Below, in pieces: positions 24,501 through 35,721 of a stretch of 64,000 nucleotides of DNA (its first letter is position 1; every line of letters starts with the position of its first letter). Under the pieces are notes generated by a model, which saw only the letters and a list, made by a program, of their open reading frames with translations, was not told the DNA's origin and searched no databases. The stretch is taken from contig JBHGNT010000010.1 of NCBI GenBank assembly GCA_043228905.1, positions 1,736,001 through 1,800,000 of the forward strand, in the 5' to 3' direction. This DNA is from Azolla caroliniana. Its lineage: Eukaryota; Plantae; Polypodiophyta. The position numbers and the translations under genes were made by a program.

Positions 24501-27065
24501 GGCTGGGAATCAAAGATCAGAAAGAAAGCTAGCTTTCTCTCTCTCTCTCTCTCTCTCCGAGCAGAAACACAATTTGTACGAAGAAGAGATGGTGGGGTCG
24601 ATTCATTTCATGACAACATTTGGCTCTTCTTTCTCATCATTTTTTGTTTTTTGTCTGTGTGGAGATTCATGCAAAAAAAACAAAAAAATGATTCATGCAC
24701 CCCAATCTGAAAGATCAAAGAAGGTTTCAGCTGCAACCAGAACTGCAAAATAATGAATGAATGAATGATATGCTTCTTTTCTGCCCCCACAGAAAAACAC
24801 AAAACAAAAGATGGGCCAAATAATGAGCTTCCGTGTCCTGTCGGGACATCTGGTCGGCCGAACCTTCGTTTCGAGACAGGACACATGAAATCAACGAATA
24901 GAATGGAATATAACCTTCCTTGGGCCCAATCCGGAATGGTGCAGTGTCCGCCCGTCAACGAGTTTCGAGTGGCGCCATTATTTCAAATGTGCTCCTTGTA
25001 CCTCCGGATCGTAAATTATCCACCCCCATCACAAACGCCTTTTCGCGATTGTAAATGTTTGTGATACTTGGCACATTAGTTATAAGGCTCGCATTATTGC
25101 TCGCTAAATCGTAATGCTGAAAAAAGATTAACGAAGCATGAAAGTTTCCGAGAGAAAATCTCTCACCGTTTTCAAGAACTAGTAATGTACCTCAAGAAGC
25201 ACAAGCACCTATCATGTCATAAATCTCACTTTCTTACTTTTTTTATATCTAGAAACTAATGGCTAGCATGATGGAATCCTCTAATCCTTTCCGTTAGACA
25301 CCCTTTTGTGACTGAACGTTAAAGATTACACTTATTAGTTGTCTAAACCCATTGTCAAGTTGGTGAAGCTTTTTGCCAAACTTACCATTTGTGATGCTAA
25401 TATTTTTTTCGTATTACAATACGTTCTCGTTTTAGTTTTTTGTTGTTTGTGAAGCAATGTTAAATCAAGGTTCTTGTTTTAGTTTTTTGTTATTTGTGAA
25501 GCAATGCTAAAGCAGGACTTTGTACTAACAAGAATTGCAAATTGCAATACAAAAATGTTCAACCAACATAAGGTGCATGATACTGTTGATAGAAGGCATT
25601 TTTCTAGAAACAAAAAGACAAGATCTTGCACAAATACATGGAGATCACATTTTGCCTACCAACATATTGTACTATTGTCACAAGTGGATTTTCTTGAAAC
25701 AAATGATCAAAATAAAGCCTCATATCTCAAAGATGCCAATGCATCAACCCATGTGAACCTTTCTCGAATGCCACACTTGCAAACGCCCATTTACACCCGT
25801 CAATAAATTGTGGCTTAATCGCAACCGAATTTTATATATTAGTAGGTTCAATGACTTGGCAAAGATGCTCATTCAAACCACTTACCGGTTAGGGTTATCA
25901 ATGTAGCCTACATGTCATAAATGAAGCTTATTAGGATGACCTTCCATTCCCTCAATTCTACTGTCAAGACCATTTGCTTAGCACCCATCACCATTTCATC
26001 TCGGTCACCATGTGCTACTGCTAAAAAATATCTGTATAACTCTTGCTTGTAAGTGAAAACTGTCATAAGCATTGAGTTGGTAAGGAATGTACAAAGTTTG
26101 TGAACCATGCATTCAATCACCTTACGTGACAAGTATGCCTCAGAAAACCATCTATACTAATGTGCATCGCATAATATAGGTCAGGTCCTTATAATGAACA
26201 AATTAACAATCAAAATGACCAAGCCCACCAAATGCATGTCTTGCTCCTTCCATCTCCTCCTTCCCTGGCTTTCTATTGACTTTGCATCATCCTCCACGCC
26301 CAACACCATACTCTCAAGTAATTTATATATTTTAAAGTAAGACACTTTCTCCAACAGTCTAATCGGGTCTTTCATTGAATAAACCACTACGCAATGCAGG
26401 AAAAAAATGAGGCCTCTCATTTCATCTTTTCCAGAACTTGAAGTAAATTTCATGAAAAACACGGCTGGCCAGGTTTTAAATGTATAGGCATGAATTGTAT
26501 GGTCACTTGTTCAACACAATTTTGTAACATGGACTGCTACACGGTTGGCCTTGAGTTCCCTCGGAGATACATCTACTCTCTCCATAGGAGGAACATTTGA
26601 AATGCTGAAATTTGAGTAGGATAATTCCTTCCGAGATTATAAAAGCCATTCTTCATTATATTTCTGCTCTGCTCTATTAGCACCATATGAGAATTGGAAT
26701 CCTCACATATAGAAGTACAAATGAAGAACATTCCTCTCCATAGTAATAACCATTTCTGTCATACGCCAGACGTCAAAGAAACTCATAGAAAGCATATCGT
26801 CATCATCAATTCACAACTATCATATAGCATGAGACATTCATAGAGCAGAGCATTGCCCCGTTGAAGCCCCACCATTTTGATTAACTACAATATCCAAAGT
26901 CCAGCTTTGATATCCAGAAAATTAACCATCGAAAAGCCTGACAAAAGAGAGCTTCTTTATGAGATCTAAAACCAGTCTTCCAACATCTACTGGTGTTTAA
27001 CTACTAAAGTTGGCTTGTTTGAGAGCTAAAACCATCTTGCCAAATCTATTTTCATGAGATCTAAT

Positions 27066-30000
27066 CTAAGCACGTCTTGCAACGTCAGTCACAAAAGGGA
27101 AAAGAAGGGCTCGTCGTGCGTCACCAGAAAACCCATCAGAATAATTAAACTTCCTTTTGAAATCCAAGATACGTCTGGCCCCTTCATCATCACACTCTCT
27201 TATAAACCTCCTTCTCAGCTTTAAAGCAATGTCTTTGTTCACCGAAAAGCCAGCATCACACTGATAAAACATTTATGCATAAGAATCAAGATGTACCAGT
27301 ATTGAGATGTGAAATAAACTCACAACAGCATGCTCCATTCATAAACGTAATGCACACACATACCATTTGGTCTATTACTTCCATTGCAGATTTTGTATCC
27401 CGATTTACTATATGAGCCTTGATTAACAGATTGTAAGTCCTTTTGTCAGGTTGCAACCCAGAACCAGTCATGAATTCATATACCTTCAGAGATTCTGGAA
27501 CCTACAAAGACAAATTTGTTATCGATGAGTTAGAGAAGACGAATATGTATTGAAAGTTTCAAGAACTAGAAACTTTATTATTGATGAGTTTAGAGGAGAC
27601 CAATATGTACTGAGAGATTTCATATACTAGATATGACGAACCTTTTTCATTTTAGCAAACCCATCTATAAGAGCATTGCATGAATGCACATTAGGCATAT
27701 GGCCAAAAACACTCCTTATGGCTTCAAATGTTTGATAAGCACGATCAATATCCCATACATTCGAACAACCCAGAATGACACAATTGATGGCTGAAAGTGG
27801 GACCTGCTGTGTTGCAGCAATGCCTTCTAACTTAAAGTATGCCTGCATTCAGACCCAGAAAATGGACATCACCGTGTTAGATAAACACAAATGGAAACCT
27901 TCAAACAGGAGAAACACTCAAACAATAAAATATGAACAGAGCTATCCAGCAAACTTACAAACATAGGGGCTATATCATGCATGAGATGCACAAATATGAT
28001 AGTCCTACTCATATTATCAGTATGTATGTGTTAACGAAGAGAGTAAAAGAACTGAGTTTGCATAGCAATCAAGTGATTGGCACATAAATATGCAACAAAT
28101 AGCTCCCAAAAAACTCTCTTTTATATTCCTAGTCTGTTCAACTCAAAAGTGCAAATTTCGCTACCACATTATGTCTGGATATGAAACACATTAAATCACT
28201 AGAAACCAGGCTTCAATCACGTTAGAAATCCTACATGTCATAAAAATTAGTCTGGTAAATCAAATTTCAGCATAAATATAACTACATACTCGCATACAGC
28301 AATCTGCTGTATGTGCTGCTTAAATATATAACTAAATTTCTTAAACAAAGCAATGAACAGGAGTGCTCATTACCGCATCAAGAGTAGTGCTTCCACCTCG
28401 AGCGCAACCCAACACAAATGGCTTCAAAGAGGTGAACGGGCAAAAGACATCCGTACCAACCTCTGAGGCATAATCCTTCTCCATAGCTTGCAATGTTGCA
28501 ATTGCCAAATCAAGGTCTCCTCCGGTCACAGCTGCATGTAACCTTGCAAGGTAACAAGCCTCACTTGGAGGATTGGCTTGCTTCAATGAAAATAGAAGAA
28601 CATCCCATGCCTTGGTGGATAGCTGTAGATCGCCAGTTCTGGCGGCCATACTAAGAACTGCCAGTAGAGTACCCTCGTCTAGGGTTATACCCTTCACTAG
28701 CCTTCCTTTGCGTCTCCCAAACAACATATCTAATGCTACCAATGCACCCTCTGATGTATCCGTTTCTACACATGCCTGAAGAAGATCTCCTAAGGCTGTC
28801 ATTGATGGAAATGCATCTCGTTTCTGCAGAAAGAGAAAAATATAATGGCATCAGTCACATGCTAGCAAAATATTTTGAAACAACAGAATACGTGAGGCTT
28901 ACAAAATAAGTATTGAAGTGCATGTGCATAAGAAAGACAAAAGAGGCATACATCTACACAACATGAGAAGCCTATCAAGTTTGTCAACCACTTCATACCC
29001 TACTCTCGACATTAACACCTAAGGGTGTGTTTAGATTCATATAATAATATCCATATAAAGAAACAGTAAACACATAACAAACTACACTAAGCCTATTTTG
29101 TCTCCCAGTTTCACAAGAGATGCTGGTCATGTGTATGCACTATGTACCCAAACATTTATGGACGTTTTAATTGCATACAAATAATGTAGACAAAAATGTA
29201 AGAGGTCTTACCTGGGCCCATCTAACTAGGTCGGTTGCTTTTACAGCTTGACCAACTCTCGAGAAAGAACTCACAAGTTTACTTATAACTGCATCATCAG
29301 GGGAAAGGTCATTGGCAACCATTATACGCACATAATCCATGGCCTTCCATACATCACTATCTCCACGCAAAGCTGTAATTGCTTTGATGCACCATTCAGC
29401 TTGCATGCGTATTCCTAGCTCTTGGACACTGTGACAAATTATAGTTTTCGTAAGGATGCACAAATAACTATAAACACCATTTCTTGCTCCACATACCAAA
29501 CAGTCTTGAGCAAACACAAAGAGTTTCCTGGAGACTGAGTTATACACATAGGAAAGGACATAACTAAATATCATTTGTATAAATTTGTTTTGAATGTTGT
29601 GATTCAATGTTCCGCATAAGAACAAAGATATATCTTTATGTGAATATTCATGAGATGACTTTTTGAATAACTGCAATATTGTCATCATGTGAATAAAGGG
29701 TATTCATATGAAACATCATTTGCATTGGACGAACCTAGAAAAGATTCAAGTTGTACCATAGCGAAGGACTAACTCACAATAGGAATGAGAAAGAAATGGG
29801 GAAAATAGGAATGCAAAAAATATTCATCAAGAAATGTGTTGCACACAAGTTAACAGTATTTTCTATTTTGCATACGCTCATTATCATTTTGACGCTTTCA
29901 AAAATTCTGGACAAGCAAAATGATTCCCGTTCCCTTTAGGTCAACCACTGAAATAGAACTTCGCAATGCGACAATATGAAGTTTAAAACTTAGCGAAAGG

Positions 30001-30952
30001 TCATGACCACATTGAAAACTAATGTCTATTCTGAACTGACTCAAACAAAAGGCAGAACGGATTGACATTTCCCTTTAGCTCAGTAAAAGAAAACGAACTT
30101 ACCAATGCCACAGATAAGCAGTTTGTAAGTTCGCAAACTTCATGAAATTCTCACACATAGAGACATTCATTGCACTTACAGCGAAAATAGACGATCAAAA
30201 GCACCAAAGTCTTTACTATCTGCTGCTGCATTGAAGAGAACATAAAATGTATCCGTGTTTGGACTTAGACCAAGTCGTCTCATTTCTTCAACTCTCTTCA
30301 TTAAGATATCTACAGGTGCCCCTTTCAGACCCTCAGCTAGTAAAGCAATGTTGCAAGGGGTAACCAGAGGCTTGTTAGGCTGTCCAGTGATAGGATCGAT
30401 GCATTGCAACCACTCTCTATATATATCAATAGCCTCTTGAAACAACCTTTTCTTGATTCTTTCAGTCATTTCTTTGATTAAACCATGGATGCTTAAGGTT
30501 ACGCCAACAGGGGCAACTTGTACACCCCTACGAACTGTCGGCATTCCAGGGACGACTGGAGTTAAGGCATCTGTAGAGGAAGCAGCAGTACTCTCATCGA
30601 CATCATTAGAGGATTCAGTTGAAATTTTCTCCTCTTTAGCTTTACTTGCTGTAGAAGTTGATGATTCATTATTATTATTATTACCATTTTCTGAGGCGGA
30701 TAATTCATCAGATTCTTGCTGAGGAACCTGGGAAAGAGGAAAACTTGTGTGCAAATTTCTGTGATGTAGGAAGGCATTGCTTGATAGTAGCTCAGAAGAA
30801 GTAATGGGGTAGGAAATGATCGAATTCTCAGTGTATTTCAAGGGTACATTCTTGTGAGTGGTGCACTGTGAGGTCTGGAGAAATCTTCTTGCATCAGATC
30901 CATTGCTTCCCCTCCTGTGGAAGAGTCTGAGAAAAAGCCTCACACTTGACAT
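27066..30952 (-). CDS. Mitochondrial P-type PPR protein, At1g26460-like, ~657 aa. Exons 30952-30180, 29428-29212, 28823-28374, 27842-27642, 27501-27364, 27260-27066
   Basis: AINCVILGCSNVWDIDRAYQTFEAI, PDKRTYNLLIKAHIVNRD and LKLRRRFIRE match my recollection of At1g26460. Arg/Ser-rich N-terminal presequence. GT-AG phases are consistent. Confidence 0.85.
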
Positions 30953-31479
30953 TGCTTGAAGACCAACACTAAAACACCTGCTACAGCTACAGCTAGAGAG
31001 AGAAAGGTCGATGATCAAGTTCCTGCCATGGCCATTATCATCAGTACACATCATCGTCACATCACATTATCAATGTCAAACATCAACCACACTAAATGAC
31101 ATCAACGCCAACAACGTTACATCACACCATCGTATATCATCGCACATCAATCATCAACATCATCATTATCATCACCAGCATCCGCGCCATCTTCTTCTTC
31201 TTCTTCCTTCTACTTTCCCTCTTCTTCTTCTTCTTCTTCTTCTTCCTTCTTCACTCCCTCTCCTTCTTTCTCCTTCTTCCAAAACATCACAGAAGGAGGG
31301 GAGAACATCAGCAGAGTAAAAGGGAGGGGCATACCTGGATTTCGTTGCTATTGCTGCTCAGTTGAGCTTCCATCCGAGCGATGCTCTCAGCGATCTGTGC
31401 GAGCGCCCCAGATATGGTCGAAAGCAAAAATGGTACGAAAGAGATTAGGCCCTTCTTCTTCGCACTAGGGTTTATGGCC

Positions 31480-31483
<4 letters not shown>

Positions 31484-31521
<38 letters not shown>

Positions 31522-31608
31522 TCCACAGAACCAGTTTTTGAGCGTCATGTAAGTAAACTATTAATTTAAGGCCATTTTCTTCTAACCCTTTTATTTGAGG
31601 CTCACAAT

Positions 31609-31662
<54 letters not shown>
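31484..31662. repeat. Two (CT)n microsatellites upstream of the PPR gene, with a telo-box at ~31465
   Basis: Read directly. Confidence 0.85.
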
Positions 31663-31667
<5 letters not shown>

Positions 31668-32320
31668 AGAAAAACACACAATTGTATAAATAAATGTGTG
31701 AAAAAACTCTACATACTTATAATGGACTAGTATGGTCACCCGCTAACTACACTGGTCGTGAGACGTGTTGAATTGCCAATAGGCAAGACGAACAAAACAC
31801 ACCACAAAGTAAATAATTCCTACTTTGTTCTGTCTGTCTGTCTTTGCAGCTCCTCCACTCCCACGAGAAACCCTCCCCACTCCTGGCGTCACCCGCCTTT
31901 GCTCGTCTGATCTCTAACAACGACCCACTTCGATAATGCAATCGTGCACAATCAATCATGTGCGCAAGATTTTCCATACCTAGCTTTTCAAACTATGATA
32001 CGATGTCGTGGGAAAAGGCTTGATGATCCCTGCAACGAGGTGTGACTCCACAGTAGAGCTTCTCTCAAGTTTGGGTGTGGGTGAAGAGGTATCGCGTGTG
32101 AACCATGTTCCATAGCTTTTCTTCACATCTTAGATAATATGTTATTCTTCCATGTCATTAAGTATGCACTAGTTAGCACTAGCTTGCTTGGCATGAGATT
32201 GAAAACATTGGGTGTGAGATCAATCACGTCATCCCCAAGATTGAGCATTCCCCTATTTTCATAAAATTTGCATGATAGGATCCTAAATTTGCACATCACT
32301 TGACAAATTCATGCATCCTA

Positions 32321-32799
32321 CCCGTGATGTGTTGGTGTAATGGTAATGGGGGGACACTCCAACCACTAGGTTGGAGGTTCGAGTCTCCCCACACCAACAT
32401 ACATGTGGTACCTAAAAAGGGCGGTTTGTGCCCGTAAGTGGCGACGACGTAGATGGTGACAGTGAAGGGCACACAGTTTGTGCCCGTAAGTGATGACGAC
32501 GCAAATGGTGACGGTGAAGGGCGGTTTGTGCCTGTATGTGACGACAACAATGCCGTTTTAGACGATGAAGAAAGGTAAAATGTAGCCTACCTACAAGTTG
32601 CATGATGGAACATGGTGCGAGTCTCATCATATCTCCTAGAGGTCATCCTGTGCATGTATCTCACTCGTACCATTCGGTACAACCCTTGATGGACTATGTA
32701 CTGCTAATAAAACATGACTTCGTGTGAGTTGTAGCCTTCGGGCGAGCCAATGATTAAAAAAAATACTAAAGTAGTATCTCTAAATGAAAAAAAATAAAA
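32321..32799 (+). mobile_element. Complete tRNA-derived SINE
   Basis: A-box TGGTGTAATGG (32333-43); B-box GGTTCGAGTC (32376-85); A-rich tail; perfect 16-bp TSD AAATTCATGCATCCTA at 32305-32320 and 32800-32815. Confidence 0.85.
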
Positions 32800-33960
32800 A
32801 AATTCATGCATCCTATGCTTTGGAATAATGTGAAAGCATTCCTTTATACATCTTACAAAACAAATCTCACTTATACTTAAGATGTTGCCATACTGGTTTA
32901 ATAAAGTTTGAATACTTATGCCTGCTTGAGTAGTGTCAAATTTTGCACTTTGGAGCATTAGGATTGTGGTCTCCCAAAGATTTCTGATATTTGTGCACAA
33001 CCATTAGTTTGTACCTACTTGAGAACAACATTGTCATGCTTGTCAAAGCACAACAAATGAAAAATGATAACATTCCCCTGTTACCTAAAAAGGCAATGTT
33101 TATAAAGATATCCATGGTTGCGAGTATGATAAGGGGCAATGTTGTATAGGTGGGGTTTAGTATAGTCATGATGTTTGGTTAAATTGTAATTGAAGTCCAA
33201 ACAAAAAAGACGAGTTAGAAAGGACCAAATTAACCAAACTTACAAGAAAACTATTATTTTAAGCCAAAATTCAAAGGAGCATGCGTAGAATGAGACTTAT
33301 ATCAATTAAAAGTATTATTGTTCCCAATCTTAGAAGCACATACCTTTGGCATGCAAGAGTTGGTTAGCCATATGATAAAGAAGGCTCAATTAAACTCGTG
33401 ATTTCAGTCCAACAACTCCAAATCCAGGAGCGGAAACACATGGATTTCTTTATTAGGGAATTGAAGGAAATTGAAAAGTAATCATCCCTATCCTTGTGTT
33501 CAATGCTAGCTACAAGTTGTTCATCCATGTATAAGAGGAAATTCTAAGTTTCTATCCCTTAAAAGGGACAATGTTAATTTATCTAATCCCATGTAGCCAA
33601 GGGTTTGCATAAGTCCATAAAGAAATCGAGGTGTTTAGAGGTGTTTTATGTATATATCCTCAATTGTACTAACTATTTGTTTACATAACATACAACCACA
33701 TAGTCATATTTATTCAAGGTCGTTCTAATAAGGACTGATGCTTTAAAGGATGAAATGTAATAGATGACATGGGTTTGATTCAAACTTTCTACCCTACACC
33801 TTCAAATATCATGGTTGGCAATAGGAGAAGTTTCAATGTTTTGAAAGGGTAGACAAGCAAGAGTGACCCAACATTCGTCGAAGCAAAAGAATTACCTTTT
33901 TTGCTCATTCTAAATTTGTTGATTGTGTAAAGAATCGGGAGTGATTATGTGCAGAGGAAG

Positions 33961-33992
<32 letters not shown>

Positions 33993-35300
33993 CAAGACAG
34001 AGAGCACGATGTATACAGAAAACAAGAAAATTGTATTAACAAGGAGCAAGAATGAACCAACAATTACAAAGAGGAGAAGGTGATGTAGTCACCTTCTCTC
34101 TATGTTCTCTCACTATAACCACCATTTGCAGAAGAGGTGGAGACTTAACTATCTACTAAATATGTGTCATATAACCTTAAAGTTCTATGACACACTAATT
34201 ACTATACTAAGAGGTGGGGTGTTCACACACTTGAGTATACTAAGGTGTGTTCCCATGCTAGGGAAGTTGAGTTTCATTCTCAACACGCCCCTTCAAACAC
34301 AACTTTCGGTCGCCGAATAGTTGGTTCGGACTGGTCTTCGGGTCGGCTTTGAATCGACTCCAGCTTTGGCTTCGGATAGCCAGCTCACTCCCGTGGTTGT
34401 TCTGCTCCGTTCGTCATCGTGTTAGACAATTCCCTATCCATACTCCCCCTCGAGCTCAGCTAGTCAGTGGTCAAAAGACCGAGGTTCGTCGTGAACTGCC
34501 ACAACTTGTCGACCCCTGAGGCCTTCGTGAAAATGTCGGTCGTTTGCAGATTCATGTTGATGTGTTGAAGGTCGACATCTCCGGCCAGGACACACTCTCG
34601 AATAAAGTGATAATGCATCTCAATGTGCTTAGTTTGAGCGTGGTTTGCGGGCCAATTGGATGTTGCTCATGTTGTCGCAATAGAGGAGAATCGGATCCTT
34701 GATGGGAACGCCTAGATCATTCAAGATTCTTTTGAGCCAAACGACTTCACATGTGGCGACGACCGCGCCCCTGTATTTGGCCTCTATGCTTGACAATGCA
34801 ACTATCGGCTGCTTCTTATTTCTCCACGATATGGCTCTGTTGCCGAGGGAGAAGACGAATTTGAATGTTGATCGTCTATCGGCTTTGTAACCGGCCCAAT
34901 CAGCATCATTGTACCCTTCGAGTCGAATTGGTGTGGCTGACTTCTAGAGGATGTCGAAATCCATCGTCCCACTTACATAGCGTAACACTCTCTTAGCACA
35001 GTCCAAATGAACACGGTGTCTACATAAACTGGCTAAGAGGCCAACTGGGTAGCTAAGGTTAGGCCGAGTGATGGTGAGATAGACAATGCTTCCGACTACC
35101 TCACGATAAACAGTCGGCCCACACTCTTATGTGCCGGAATTGGCATGTAGCCTTAGATTTCGATCGAGAGGGGTAGTGACGGGCTTACACTCTATCATCC
35201 AAAACTTGTAACGAAGATTGAGTATATAATGACGTTGGGAGATCATGATGCCGTCAGGAGTCCAAATAACTTCTATTCCTAGAAAGTAATGGAGCTCCTT

Positions 35301-35671
35301 TGTTGTATGTATGGCTGGACTAGCCACAACACAGGTGTCTATCCGACACTTCTCCAAAGGGGTGGTAGGGATAGGATGTTAATACACGCGTATGATAATT
35401 ACACTTAAGCACAGACGAAGACAAGATTAATCAGCATAAGCAAAACTATATTAATTCTTCGCGCTTTCATTACAAAACATCGGATCCTTTTATAGGCATC
35501 CGGCCAGATTACAATCGGTGCTCGGCAGGCAACCGTTAACCGAAACCGAATCGGTTCGGATCCGGATCGGTTACAACTACCGGATCCGTCCCTCCTAATA
35601 ATTCTATTCCTATTTCTATATTTATCCGATCCGACCTTGCTTTCCCATTTGCCTTCTCTGACCGGCCAACA
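35301..35671 (-). repeat. Gypsy-1 3' LTR
   Basis: TG...CA, identical to 45134-45504. Confidence 0.97.
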
Positions 35672-35721
35672 CATGGCACGCCCGTGGGAAAGTGCATTGC
35701 ACTTCGAACCCACAGCCGGCT

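Noticed and set aside
25900-26460. Possible hAT transposase remnant
   Set aside because: Only vague motif similarity, in the wrong order, and no TIRs.
30953-31375. Upstream in-frame ATGs extending the PPR protein
   Set aside because: They lie in microsatellite-rich sequence between a donor (~31334) and acceptors near 30980, probably a 5' UTR intron. The extension would mask the presequence.
32325-32400. tRNA gene
   Set aside because: No proper cloverleaf or anticodon arm; it is the head of a TSD-flanked SINE.
32418-32555. CRISPR-like array (also 44509-44660 and 23340-24006)
   Set aside because: Eukaryotic context, tandem units without unique spacers, and no cas genes.
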